From a virus (lineage: Duplodnaviria > Caudoviricetes): DNA of 59,008 bases. Shown here piece by piece: positions 31,501 through 39,826 of this stretch (position 1 is the stretch's first letter; every line of letters begins with the position of its first letter). Made by a program: the position numbers and the translations under genes. Below the pieces are notes generated by a model that was given only the letters and a program-made list of their open reading frames with translations, had not been told where the DNA came from and ran no database searches. Location of the stretch: IMG/VR virus record IMGVR_UViG_3300025416_000004, positions 1-59,008 of that record, one strand, 5' to 3'.

Positions 31501-34500
31501 GCAAATATCACAAATGTATATCTTCCAAACCTAAAAAAAGTAGGAGCAATTGGAGGAGATTCTGCTGGAGAAGTTAATCTTCCATTACTTAAAGAATCTG
31601 GGAATGTTTGGTTTTATTACGCAAATAAAATAAACCTGCCTCAATTAGAAACAGCAAGTCGAATACATATTTCTCACGCTAATGATTTAATAGTTCCAAA
31701 ACTTAAAACTGCTAAAAGTATTGAATTTGGATCGCAGACCAGAATGGCGGATAATAAAAATGTTGATTTTTCTTCACTAGAAAAAGTTACTACACTAGAT
31801 ATAAGAGGCCCATCTCAAGTTGCTGTTCCGAAACTTGAAAAAGTAAAAAATATTGATTTATCACTTGTTACTGCATTTATTGCACCAAAACTTGAATCAA
31901 TTGATACTGCATTTTTTGGAAACACTAAAATTGTTTATGCGCCAGAAGTATCAATTAGATTAATGTATTCAGTTAAGGGCATAAATGAATTTATTGGAAG
32001 GAGAAGTACGCTTCTTGATATTGTACGCGAATGGAAGCGAGCAAACCCTGCTGACCTTTCTGACGATCCATTTTATTATACAGACCCAGAAGGAAATAAA
32101 TATAATTTTGCAAACCAGCGTGACTTCAAAAACATCTTTGATGTTATTGATGGCAAGGAAGTCCCATCCAAAATTACAGAGCCATACGCAGGAACAAACG
32201 AGAAGATTGTTTCTGCTGTTATTACAACGCCACAGGGTAAAGTTGAAAAAGAGGGTGCTACTCACCTTGAACTACAAGGCCCAAATGCACCAAAAGACCC
32301 TTTTGACAGAGAGGGAAAATGGTGGAAGTTCAGAACATACAATCCGCATGGCGCGCCTCGCGTTGTTGATCGTAGGGAGGCATTCAGCATTGCAGAGCAG
32401 AATGGTCAGCTAAAGAAGCCAAAGACTCTTCAAGACCAAGTAAACTATGATCGCGGAGTCCTTCACAGCGACATGGTGAATTATGCACGCGATGGCGACA
32501 CAGGCATCCAGTTCATGCCAAATATTTCAGTTGCTCCAGAAAGATGGCATGGCACAGGAGAAGAGCGTGTTATTACGAACGCTGAATACAGGAAGACCAA
32601 GAGGATCCCAGAGGCCGGAGAAAGGCGAGGCAAGTATGTTGCGCCTCCAGCATCTATAAAAAAGAAGTTCGACATTTCTGAATTCACCGCTGGTGGAAAA
32701 ATGTTTGATGCGGATACAGGAGAGGATGTAACAGACCGCATCTACTCTGGAGCCACAATCGACGCTACAGGAGCGCGTCCATCACTTGTTTCTGCTGATG
32801 ATCAAGTCGAGTCACTTGGAACAGGAAACACCTATAAAACAAACCTGTTTAAGAAATCTGCTGGGTGGGAATGGATCAGCAAAAAACCGCCAACGCACGC
32901 CGCTCTAGGAAACAAGGGAGAAGAAGACCCTGTTCTGGTTTCCGTTGCTGGATCATTCAAGGATACTGATGCTGACCACAAGTACGCATTGAAGGTAAAT
33001 TTTGAAAACGCCGTCAAGATGGCTAGGTACTCAAAAGAGGCTAATGAGCCTCGCTTGCGTCCGACATCGAAGGGCGAAATTACTCTTGGAAATGTGGTCG
33101 GCAAGATCAGAACATCCCAAGGGAATGTCCACCCTGTCTACGACACGATCACGATTGGAAATAAGCCTGCGAAAGGCGTCTCCTTCATGCCTGCGGATGC
33201 CGATCACGCCGAACTAGAGAGACGCTATAAGGAAGGCGATGAGAAGGCGAAGGAAGAGGCGCAGAGACTAGTTGATGAAAAAGCAAAGAAGGCTGGGTAT
33301 GATTATCAAAATGTTTATCATGCATCGCATGAACAATTTAATGAGTTTTTAACTGCGGCTGAACAAGCAGAGGCAAGAGGAGAAGATTTAGACTGGGATG
33401 AAAGCCAGATTGGAAACCTTGGTGAAGGGCATTACTTTACTCCTGACATTTCATATGCAAAACGATTTGGAACGCCACGAAAATTCCATCTAAAAATCAA
33501 CAATATTGTTGATGGCAGAGATGAAGATGTGATTAAGAGAGGGCGTGAGATTCAACAGGAATTAATAGAAGAAAATGGAGGAACAACTCAAGGTGAGGTT
33601 TATGAGGAGTTGATGAAAGAGATGAATGCTGATGGCGTAATTGCCGAAGGCGCAGGAGGACTTTCCTATGGCTCTACAGAGCTTCTAGTAAAGAATTCTA
33701 GCCAAGCCAAACTTGCCGATCCATTCACCTACGATAAGGACGGCAACCTGATCCCTCTCTCTCAACGCTTCAATCCAGAGTCAAACGACATCAGGTTCAT
33801 GCCAAAGAGCGAGGAGGAAGAATCAAAAAAACGATCATTCGATGTTGTTCCTAATTCATTCCAAAAATTGGTATCGGCTGGATATACTAACCAATTTGAT
33901 TACAAGGGGCTTTCAAGGACATTTGAGCTTCCTGTTGGAAATATTAACCCTACAGAAAATACTAAAGACGAGAATGTACAATCGCTCGTCGACAAAATGG
34001 ACAATGGAGGAACATTCACTCCAATAGTTATAGATGAGGATAACAATGTTGTTGATGGACATCATAGGCTAGAGGCGGCAAAACAAATGGGCATTGATAG
34101 AGTTCCTGTTCAACAATTAATTAGATCATCTCTTTCTTTCATGCCGTCCAGCGAGCTTCCAAAGACCGAGGACGGCAAGGTAGATTGGGAAGGATTCAAG
34201 GTTAAGACGCAGGAGATTGCCGCCCCGCTGGCGAACCTCGCTCCACTAGGTGGCATCAGCTTTATGCCTGCAAAAAAGCCAGCCATAACACAAAAAGGAG
34301 AAGATGACACATATCTCAAACAGGCATTGAAAGCAGGTAAAAATGGCAAGGTAAAGTTAACTAGACCATTCAGAGCCAACGAGGCTCTTCCAACAATGGA
34401 TCAGTTGCCAGTAATCGGAAACCAAGTTGATAGAAATACTTTCAAGTATAACCAACCAGCAGAAGTCATATTCTACGAGCATGATGGAACGCCAGTTTCT

Positions 34501-35778
34501 TTTAAGTGGGATGGTCAGATGCTAGTCCAGCCTGCATTCAAAGACATCGCAGAGGAACACGCCGGAAAGGCCGTACAATTGGCAATGGCTGACAGGCAAA
34601 CCGCTACAGGCGGCGACATGGGTGGCGTGATGCACACATTCCTGAAATCACTACGCACCATTACCATCAAAGATCCATTAACTGGCAATGACTTGATTGT
34701 GGTATGGGCAAACAACGAGTGGAAGCCTGCAAAAAACATGAAGGATAAAGTTCGTATGTTTGGAGCAAAAGACCTGCTGACTTATCTTATGGGTGAGGAT
34801 GCCCATGCAAGCAATACTCGTAGCGTTAGGCGTATCTCTAATGAAATCGATAATTCTGGTTTGAATGACAAGGAGATTGATACCTTCCTGATTCTTGCAA
34901 ACAAAGGAGTTAAGACGGCTAGGACGGCGGAACAGAACAAGACTATAAATGATTCTACAGCGGTTATTGAGAAGGCAAAAGAGAACATCAAAAAACAAAA
35001 AGATCCTAAAAAGAAAGATGAATTAAAAAAGCTAATAAAACTTGCTGAAAAGAGCATATCTGACGCAAAAGCTAAACTTCCGCAGTATGAAATAACTCCA
35101 GAGGAGAAAGAGTTTTCCGCAATTATAACGGCGTTCAAGTCCTCATTTACTGGATTCAAGCGAGGGACGCGATCTGAAGCAAACTTTAAGGCCAAGGAAA
35201 AAGAATTCTATGACTTCCTAAAGACTCCAAAATTCACAAAGTTACGAAAGACTATTCGCGGCAAAAAAATGATCAAGCTAGACGATACATTCAAGGGTAG
35301 AAAGGCCGCTGTTCAAAATTTACTTGGCCTGACCATCAATGGTTTCAACATCGATCACATACTGCCAATGACGGCTGATTTCAAAGGTGGTCGCATCCAT
35401 CACATTGTGAGTAGCGTTGAGCTTTCTACTAACCCAGAGCTTGGTGCTGTGTATCTTGGCGATGACCCAGAGCAGGCAAAATTTATGACTCCGCTTGAGG
35501 CCGCGGCGGCGGCACAAATTAAGGCAGATCCGAATTTTGTTGTGCATGAAGCCTATGCATGGGGTATGCTTGGCCCATTAAAAGGAAACCATTTCTTAAA
35601 CACAAATCCACGAACTCCTGAAGAATACTTCCCTAAATTCAGAAAGCGATATGCCGCCACCAAAGAGGACGCTGAAAAAGCCGAAAAAATCACCAACGCC
35701 AGCGAATCCAACTTGGTAAACACAATGCGCGATCAAAAGTCATTTGCTTTAGAGATGCCAAATAAACCCAAAAAATGA
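25501..35778 (+). CDS. Giant polyvalent internal virion protein (metallopeptidase-like, WCT-motif, LRR-like, ADP-ribosyltransferase-like and ParB-like domains)
   Basis: 3425 aa. Gly-zipper hydrophobic segments; LLHEAGH (28177); TGWCTG..YLYF..IAIR..EVRG (~30900); LPxLxxxG-type repeats (~31450-31950); VYHAS..F..F..GEGHYFT...YA (~33310-33460); PIVID....VVDGHHRLEAA (~34020-34080). Confidence 0.75.
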   Translation: MADPDLNADLQKINELAGLSEKKEEPQKPLDKTEIPEVAADRAVAGQQSEMVPKVPPIEDTATSLFNAPTPITPEEIKAKESYKGGGGAMGALQAYKKEAESGKKPPTKPLADIGLEKSKEKAKEQGTYVPNLQSDLDEINAISQKTSQEKPTSIADEIIAAGPQGITQYHKDMVDLTKDPELLNEIYEKAPWYDLGSKYRDVYKFKQSPQNAMSAQKTLASLKQWGKQMGTQGINLLGDIGEDAGKLLNAEDYTNRPYSEKLKEVGADAITGLDEFLGIPVGSYNFGQYHQSGFGIVDDILKKMNGISPERHEANWQQRADVRRLQANRDAITPSNFGVVASGVMRNFMPTLDQVMAENPNLSAEQAEYKLQQDTADIIKKNAPSLLQPATERGKEEIRTGVGLLVPEANAAVVGLEGIGMGMRGLAKAGKAYELQKTISKMPYVAQRVEAATAEDAAKIAYAQRVAEARRVLEEKAKQAAQKADEIGREGYHTIFGKQIPRVGTLAGKGYDLLTSPQQPLTSLLTPALVGGGVGYVENPEHGVWGGVTGAVTGGLLKKYGPAALRQGLGLIRDIDQASEMLNGKVGNVYSIAGQAEDSSAITKRLFGGTTPQSIINAHGLDWLQKNAVPFAMKGVHGGALMGALGILNDTPSDELPSEAIQGALMTMLPSLVHHIGTEAPEVTRNRIRQEDASIRSAMADMPEDSRNTIEQANWQMEIDRRRENYEEMVRQAQDTQAMADNARNPKEKAKFQKVADDTKKMVDHHLSKYIGALTADVPTRLEYNRQFKLAVAQLHELMNGAMRAGQQNIGMEILTTPQIVDRILKTPEFALKINQEGMATATAQAEQIAKQKGFSVDPNSGITLDPQKPVMIINADTLAQHPEGPYRALLHEAGHSLMKIPQYADLLKETKRELLGHVDIVDGKIVGSSKGQYQPQDLWRMFFDKYMNGKSVDEIRAFADPAGLLDQDGKLNVEKVVNYMGEEVMADAIANTLANRFDHGLGGMADHLRDWAHLHQESSWVARAIQNALGVGGRDPRDTSYRPITGVELTPEAAAATDRAARMIHNLNGRVSPLEEVSDRPKMTRKELVANPVLMQRIGGVSGIVKTKMVAKIYDRFGKQIGGAVDIENPLAAEGTWLANDDGTTKQTKGYGQIPDELRGTKLPNGARLEVESQVLYQPDGVTPIWNTPKETKNLRKTRDKMIRDAINNAPNDGTPNRMEPYSADELSMGGTLQPSQIKAIMDLPESIVPLKIKENIIKLNDLIKSGRRSYTDYSTHVDKNGKYVGSTPQIRDNQYTSLHFSKAGNFTAIAISWDALHTKMKLLNQRIPHWFDLWGGNTDKFYDEFVNKYLVNIEQGRPNDVNLDDDPAISVAKRDKFRDFLGFDNKSPTTIYPEKTTIPRKKGEKKADLENVVRSFRLDAMMDIIDSPATSRKMDRNKVLTNFLPADEGEEPAQRVLRPEATRVTPQILKGITAAHTTENRPFGVQYVSPQAQAPKAGIQFMPASAEIREEGTKQHLEFFDRELENSGIKQKPATMAALDEFIHNYVQEKYYTDEGKPSSSLFPKIDPEKIKNYYQKVVRNATPAQAADFPPDWLRIRNMSQEEFDRSFDQDRVDQITQFRVNALAKSANYLLGEMKDPQQTELQKKIIEINDAFASGDIGLWEEKQAELERLNGDTYENLRNEAFRGSYTPSEVAAILNASSKFRINAGYNEEGEMVPLIQNISNGNEAVPNEVSGATASKIAEYMRQGMSSKDAYTKGVFDVIKARAEKRGVYTGWKKYDQSSDMGQAEKLNADCAGTGWCTGGSVGTANSHLTGGDFYLYFDEGSPQIAIRTENGEIAEVRGTGKAQNITAPQYDAEAEKFILGGEGPTGGDKYLHDRNFRKMAVEIIKTGVLPVDAYKYYDQNGVFYPPSPKQRDYGNGFEQEYLQPFIDNAPKTEDILDKNGNLLTGLVWTPEDPNNNKYKNVSGKIMVRVDKRNGETFELPYLESAGEILTANITNVYLPNLKKVGAIGGDSAGEVNLPLLKESGNVWFYYANKINLPQLETASRIHISHANDLIVPKLKTAKSIEFGSQTRMADNKNVDFSSLEKVTTLDIRGPSQVAVPKLEKVKNIDLSLVTAFIAPKLESIDTAFFGNTKIVYAPEVSIRLMYSVKGINEFIGRRSTLLDIVREWKRANPADLSDDPFYYTDPEGNKYNFANQRDFKNIFDVIDGKEVPSKITEPYAGTNEKIVSAVITTPQGKVEKEGATHLELQGPNAPKDPFDREGKWWKFRTYNPHGAPRVVDRREAFSIAEQNGQLKKPKTLQDQVNYDRGVLHSDMVNYARDGDTGIQFMPNISVAPERWHGTGEERVITNAEYRKTKRIPEAGERRGKYVAPPASIKKKFDISEFTAGGKMFDADTGEDVTDRIYSGATIDATGARPSLVSADDQVESLGTGNTYKTNLFKKSAGWEWISKKPPTHAALGNKGEEDPVLVSVAGSFKDTDADHKYALKVNFENAVKMARYSKEANEPRLRPTSKGEITLGNVVGKIRTSQGNVHPVYDTITIGNKPAKGVSFMPADADHAELERRYKEGDEKAKEEAQRLVDEKAKKAGYDYQNVYHASHEQFNEFLTAAEQAEARGEDLDWDESQIGNLGEGHYFTPDISYAKRFGTPRKFHLKINNIVDGRDEDVIKRGREIQQELIEENGGTTQGEVYEELMKEMNADGVIAEGAGGLSYGSTELLVKNSSQAKLADPFTYDKDGNLIPLSQRFNPESNDIRFMPKSEEEESKKRSFDVVPNSFQKLVSAGYTNQFDYKGLSRTFELPVGNINPTENTKDENVQSLVDKMDNGGTFTPIVIDEDNNVVDGHHRLEAAKQMGIDRVPVQQLIRSSLSFMPSSELPKTEDGKVDWEGFKVKTQEIAAPLANLAPLGGISFMPAKKPAITQKGEDDTYLKQALKAGKNGKVKLTRPFRANEALPTMDQLPVIGNQVDRNTFKYNQPAEVIFYEHDGTPVSFKWDGQMLVQPAFKDIAEEHAGKAVQLAMADRQTATGGDMGGVMHTFLKSLRTITIKDPLTGNDLIVVWANNEWKPAKNMKDKVRMFGAKDLLTYLMGEDAHASNTRSVRRISNEIDNSGLNDKEIDTFLILANKGVKTARTAEQNKTINDSTAVIEKAKENIKKQKDPKKKDELKKLIKLAEKSISDAKAKLPQYEITPEEKEFSAIITAFKSSFTGFKRGTRSEANFKAKEKEFYDFLKTPKFTKLRKTIRGKKMIKLDDTFKGRKAAVQNLLGLTINGFNIDHILPMTADFKGGRIHHIVSSVELSTNPELGAVYLGDDPEQAKFMTPLEAAAAAQIKADPNFVVHEAYAWGMLGPLKGNHFLNTNPRTPEEYFPKFRKRYAATKEDAEKAEKITNASESNLVNTMRDQKSFALEMPNKPKK

Positions 35779-35999
35779 AAACCAGCGATTATGTAATGTT
35801 GCTAGATGAAAATGCAGATATTAAGGAATGGGAATCTGTAGGATACATCATATACACAAATCCAGATGGTATTACACACCTTGCTGTAGCGGAAGATGCT
35901 CCAGAAGAAGCGCATCATTTGGCGGCGGCGGCGGCACAAGGAGACCCAGAAGCTAATGATGAGATAATGGGCGAATACTTGACTTCAGAAGACGAATAA
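35775..35999 (+). CDS. Hypothetical acidic protein
   Basis: ATGA/TAA overlap with the end of the giant gene. Confidence 0.55.
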   Translation: MKTSDYVMLLDENADIKEWESVGYIIYTNPDGITHLAVAEDAPEEAHHLAAAAAQGDPEANDEIMGEYLTSEDE

Positions 36000-36017
36000 T
36001 GCACAACTAAACAACTT

Positions 36018-36155
36018 ATGCCTCTACGACTTTGCTCCTCCCAGAACTGCTTCACTCGCAACCTTAAAGCTGAAATTAAGGCCGGAAAGCCACAAAAACA
36101 AGCTCTTGCAATCGCCTATGCAACGAAGCGAAAGGCCAAGTCAAAAGGCAAATAA
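36018..36155 (+). CDS. Small basic phage protein (GKPQKQALAIAY type; not in ORF track)
   Basis: MPLRLCSSQNCFTRNLKAEIKAGKPQKQALAIAYATKRKAKSKGK*; the motif is recalled from many phage genomes. Confidence 0.7.
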   Translation: MPLRLCSSQNCFTRNLKAEIKAGKPQKQALAIAYATKRKAKSKGK

Positions 36156-36158
36156 TAT

Positions 36159-37460
36159 ATGGCAACTGAAATCCCTCGCAAAGAAGACCTAAAAGACATC
36201 AGCGATGCAACCTGTATGTTCATCGATCATGGTCTCTTCCTGTCTCAAGCACTGCGTCTAGCCCAAGACTTCAAAAAGGTCTATGTGTACACTCCTTGGG
36301 AATCTGGGTTCCCATCAATGACATCGTTGATCGGGACTGGATACGATGAGATTGAGGTAGTATTAAGCCCATTCCCATACATCGAAGAGTGCGATGTGTT
36401 TGTCTTCCCTGATGTGAATCATGGCCCACTCCAGCAATATCTTGCTGATCAGGGTAAGGCGGTATGGGGATGCAAAATGGGAGAGTGCCTTGAGCTTGAG
36501 CGTGAGGGATGCAAGCAGATCCTGAAGGCATTAGACCTTCCTGTCGGCAAGTATACGCACATTGTTGGTTTAGACAATCTGCGTGCATTCCTTAAAGAAA
36601 ATGATGGTAAGACGCATTTTTGCAAAGTGAGTCGTTGGAGGGGAACTTTTGAGACATTCGCCTGCACGCATTATCGGGATGTGGAGCCGAAGATCGATGA
36701 GATCGAACACAAGATTGGCCCACTCAAAGAAATCATTGAATTTACTATTGAAGAGGAGTTGAAAGATCGTGTCGAAGTGGGAACGGATGGATTTGTAATT
36801 GACGGCAAACAACCGACCCAGCTTATGGCTGGAATTGAGGTTAAGGATCTTTGCTATGTGGGAAAGTTCCTTAAATATTCCGACCTTCCAGAACCTGTTC
36901 GTCGCTTCAATGACCGCATGGAGCCTGTTTTCAAAGCGTATGGATACCGAGGTTGGATGTCATCCGAGGTGAGAATTGGAGCGGATATGGAGCCTTACAT
37001 GATCGATGGATGTATGAGATCGCCATCGCCTCCAAATGAACTTTGGCAACTGGTCTATTCCAATTTCTCCGAGATAATTTATTACGGCGCGCATGGAATC
37101 ATGGTTGATCCAGAGCCTACAGCTACATACGGAGCCGAGATTCTTATTCATAGTTCATGGGCGGCAGGAAACTGGCAACCTGTGAACATTGAACCAGAGG
37201 TTCGTGAATTTGTGAAACTTCGCAATTCCATGAAATTTGGCGATAGGGAATACATATCTCCGATCCAAGGTGAACTGCCGGAAATTGGAGCAGTTGTGGG
37301 ACTCTCTAACAAATCGATTGAGGACGCAATTGATGAGGCATTCAAGCACGCTGAAGGAGTCAGTGGGTACTACATTGACATCCCCAAGGCATCGACAGAA
37401 ACCGCTTTGGAGCAGATTGCGAAGCTGGAAGAGTTGGGACTGAATTATTTCAACTCTTGA
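36159..37460 (+). CDS. ATP-grasp enzyme distantly similar to phosphoribosylamine-glycine ligase
   Basis: VWG....LELER..CKQIL....LP, F.IEE.L...EVGTDGF and YRG....E......YMID..MR..SPP follow the PurD/ATP-grasp layout. Confidence 0.65.
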   Translation: MATEIPRKEDLKDISDATCMFIDHGLFLSQALRLAQDFKKVYVYTPWESGFPSMTSLIGTGYDEIEVVLSPFPYIEECDVFVFPDVNHGPLQQYLADQGKAVWGCKMGECLELEREGCKQILKALDLPVGKYTHIVGLDNLRAFLKENDGKTHFCKVSRWRGTFETFACTHYRDVEPKIDEIEHKIGPLKEIIEFTIEEELKDRVEVGTDGFVIDGKQPTQLMAGIEVKDLCYVGKFLKYSDLPEPVRRFNDRMEPVFKAYGYRGWMSSEVRIGADMEPYMIDGCMRSPSPPNELWQLVYSNFSEIIYYGAHGIMVDPEPTATYGAEILIHSSWAAGNWQPVNIEPEVREFVKLRNSMKFGDREYISPIQGELPEIGAVVGLSNKSIEDAIDEAFKHAEGVSGYYIDIPKASTETALEQIAKLEELGLNYFNS

Positions 37461-37524
37461 AGTCAAATAACCCTCCAGAGCATCCTCCGACACCTCGCAG
37501 AGAGGAAGACATCCCTCCGTACAA

Positions 37525-37920
37525 GTGATCACCATCGACTTCATTAAGCCGGAAAAGAATCGCTATGTGACACATGGCGACTGGTACGAGCATAATGGAA
37601 GTTTGCACATCACCTCGACAGCGTATGGTAACGACAACGGCAGTTTTCTGGTAGCACTGCATGAGTTGGTCGAGGCTTGGCTGTGCAAGCACGACGGCGT
37701 AGATGAGAAGGATGTCATGGCATGGGATCTTTGTCATCCCGATGCCGATGAACCCGCGGAGGTCGAAGGGTCGCCATATCGCAAGCAACACGATGTGGCA
37801 ATCGCGGTTGAAAAGTTGATGTGCCAAGCGATGGGTATCGACTGGGAGAATCATCAGCGATGGGTCGAAGACTCCGCCAATGTGGTAGAAGAATGTCTAA
37901 ACACTCGTCCATCCAACTAG
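37525..37920 (+). CDS. Putative metal-binding protein (HExxE...H)
   Basis: GDW...LVALHELVE...SPYRKQH...VE. Confidence 0.55.
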   Translation: MITIDFIKPEKNRYVTHGDWYEHNGSLHITSTAYGNDNGSFLVALHELVEAWLCKHDGVDEKDVMAWDLCHPDADEPAEVEGSPYRKQHDVAIAVEKLMCQAMGIDWENHQRWVEDSANVVEECLNTRPSN

Positions 37921-38144
37921 CCCATCGTTTTGGGAAGTCTGTCATGGCGGAGGTTGCCGCTATTGCCAAAGGTCAGTCCGGCGTTACTGACGATGAGATT
38001 GTCGAGCGTATGAATGCCTGCCGGAGTTGCGAGATGTACGACGATCAGCAAAATCGATGCAATGCGTGTGGGTGTTTTTTGAATGCGAAGGCGTTGTTCA
38101 GATCCGCGGAATGCGACCTTGGGAAGTGGAAAATATTGGGATAG
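37893..38144 (+). CDS. Cys-rich DUF6171-like protein
   Basis: R...CRSC.......CNACGCFL..K......C.LGKW. Confidence 0.7.
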   Translation: MSKHSSIQLAHRFGKSVMAEVAAIAKGQSGVTDDEIVERMNACRSCEMYDDQQNRCNACGCFLNAKALFRSAECDLGKWKILG

Positions 38145-38185
38145 ACTGGCTGTAGAGCCAGTGTTTATGCGGCTCAAAATAATTG

Positions 38186-38214
38186 TTGACGAATCATCGG
38201 TTGGGTTATAGGAT
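38186..38214 (+). promoter_or_regulatory. Sigma70-like early promoter
   Basis: TTGACG-17 bp-TAGGAT with AT-rich upstream sequence. Confidence 0.7.
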
Positions 38215-38264
38215 GGTTGTGTCAGTAAGAAATCCAACACACACATCAAACACAACACACACAC

Positions 38265-38510
38265 ATGAACGCAAAACTAAAACTGCCACACGCATCTGAA
38301 TTGAGTATCTCCGTTGATAGAATTGGAGACTTGTTCCGTTGCGAATACGAAATCGGATCTGGCTGGAACGGAGAAACAATCACTCACTACGAGGACACAC
38401 CATATGAATTGGAAAAATGGATGGCTTTGCGTTTTGGAAAGCGCATAGCAAGAAGCCATTTTGTTAAACAGAATGCTGAATTTTGGAGTCCAACCTGCGT
38501 TTCTAAATAA
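38265..38510 (+). CDS. Hypothetical early protein
   Basis: ATG preceded by a CA-rich leader and a promoter. Confidence 0.65.
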   Translation: MNAKLKLPHASELSISVDRIGDLFRCEYEIGSGWNGETITHYEDTPYELEKWMALRFGKRIARSHFVKQNAEFWSPTCVSK

Positions 38511-38537
38511 CCACACACCACACACACACACACACAC
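38511..38537 (+). repeat. (CA)n leader
   Basis: ccacacaccacacacacacacacacac directly before ATG 38538. Confidence 0.9.
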
Positions 38538-38780
38538 ATGAGCTACCCATCAACACCCTACGAAATCGAACTCCACGACAAAGACGGCTATGTGGATTTC
38601 ATGGAATCCTTCCCAACCGAATGGCTGGCGTTAGACGCGATTCCGCCCATGCTAGCTAAAGCTAGAGAAGAGGCTGTCGAGCATCCTGACTGGTATGAGG
38701 GATGCTACTTCAAATTGGTTAAGCATGAGGTGGACGGCATGAGCGAATGGCGTGAACCCATTGAAAGTTTTCAAATTTGA
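38538..38780 (+). CDS. Hypothetical early protein
   Basis: ATG after the (CA)n leader. Confidence 0.65.
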   Translation: MSYPSTPYEIELHDKDGYVDFMESFPTEWLALDAIPPMLAKAREEAVEHPDWYEGCYFKLVKHEVDGMSEWREPIESFQI

Positions 38781-38788
38781 TTACCGCC

Positions 38789-39205
38789 ATGTACACTTTT
38801 TTATCATCCAAAAAAGAACGCGATAGGTTCAGGGAACGGAATATGAAAAAGCGGCAAGCAAGGATTGAAAAAGCCGAAGCAATGAAAACTGGATACCGCG
38901 AGAGAATCTTTGCGAAGCTGGGAGAGATTCCTCCTGCAAAACCAAAGGCTAGCAAGCTGTCGATCAAGATCACCGCATATGCAGACGCGCTGTTGCAGAA
39001 GCATTATCCACCACCAGTGCAGGCCAAGCGTCAGCAGGACTATAGCGACCACCAATTCCCACCGACCTATGTTGGTCATCTGTGGGAACCAGCAGGCGAG
39101 CGCGGCTTTGAAGACTTCCAGCGAGCCTATCACGGCGTACAGCGCAGGCAGGAGACAGGCAACCTGACTCACGACCTGACTGCCTTGATCAAGTCCAAGC
39201 GGTAG
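38789..39205 (+). CDS. Hypothetical basic protein
   Basis: ORF that tiles the operon. Confidence 0.55.
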   Translation: MYTFLSSKKERDRFRERNMKKRQARIEKAEAMKTGYRERIFAKLGEIPPAKPKASKLSIKITAYADALLQKHYPPPVQAKRQQDYSDHQFPPTYVGHLWEPAGERGFEDFQRAYHGVQRRQETGNLTHDLTALIKSKR

Positions 39206-39219
39206 GCTATCGTGGCTCC

Positions 39220-39441
39220 ATGCTAATCCTCCTAGACCGCGACAGCGAGCCTCCGCCAAGCGTCCCACCCATTGAGACGATGGCGAAGTTTTATGAGTTT
39301 GTGGTCAAGGACATCTCGCGCCTGCAATTCTACAAGGTATCTGCCGCTCGCTATATGGAGGGACGATTCTACGCCGAGTTGTACGCTACCGAGGCTGGCT
39401 GGGTGTGGAACCTAGCCGAGATTGAGGAGGCCGCGCCATGA
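39220..39441 (+). CDS. Hypothetical protein
   Basis: ORF with ATGA overlap to the next gene. Confidence 0.5.
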   Translation: MLILLDRDSEPPPSVPPIETMAKFYEFVVKDISRLQFYKVSAARYMEGRFYAELYATEAGWVWNLAEIEEAAP

Positions 39442-39728
39442 GCTTCAGGAGGGTCTGTAGCGCGCTTTTCAACGGAAAGCGATGGCAGATAGGGTTTGGG
39501 ATGACTGGCATGACAGAAGGCAGGGTCAACGATGGAATCTGTCGTTACCATTCCAAGCGGATTGTGATCCACCGAGCAGTCAAGGGGCGCGTAGTCTCGC
39601 TGGAGGAGGCTACGATCCATGAATGCGCTCATGCCGCTTTCCCAATGATCATGGAAGAGGACATCGATGCTTTCGCGGCGACCACTGCCAAGGTACTGGC
39701 TAAAATGCAGGCCGCAGAGGGGGCGTAA
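39438..39728 (+). CDS. Small zincin-like (HExxH) protein
   Basis: DGIC.Y....IVI.........TIHECAHA......EE. Confidence 0.65.
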   Translation: MSFRRVCSALFNGKRWQIGFGMTGMTEGRVNDGICRYHSKRIVIHRAVKGRVVSLEEATIHECAHAAFPMIMEEDIDAFAATTAKVLAKMQAAEGA

Positions 39729-39757
39729 AATTATTTTCACTTTTTTTTATTTTGTTG

Positions 39758-39786
39758 TTGCAAAACCCAAGCGTAGGCACTACTTT
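39758..39786 (+). promoter_or_regulatory. Sigma70-like promoter containing AACCCAAGCG box
   Basis: TTGCAA-17 bp-TACTTT with T-rich upstream sequence. Confidence 0.65.
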
Positions 39787-39826
39787 CTTAATTGTCAGCC
39801 ACACACAACACACACAACACACACAC

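Noticed and set aside
36159-37460. Calling the gene purD (auxiliary purine metabolism)
   Set aside because: The PurD N-terminal GxGGRE motif is absent and no other pur genes are present; only the ATP-grasp layout is supported.
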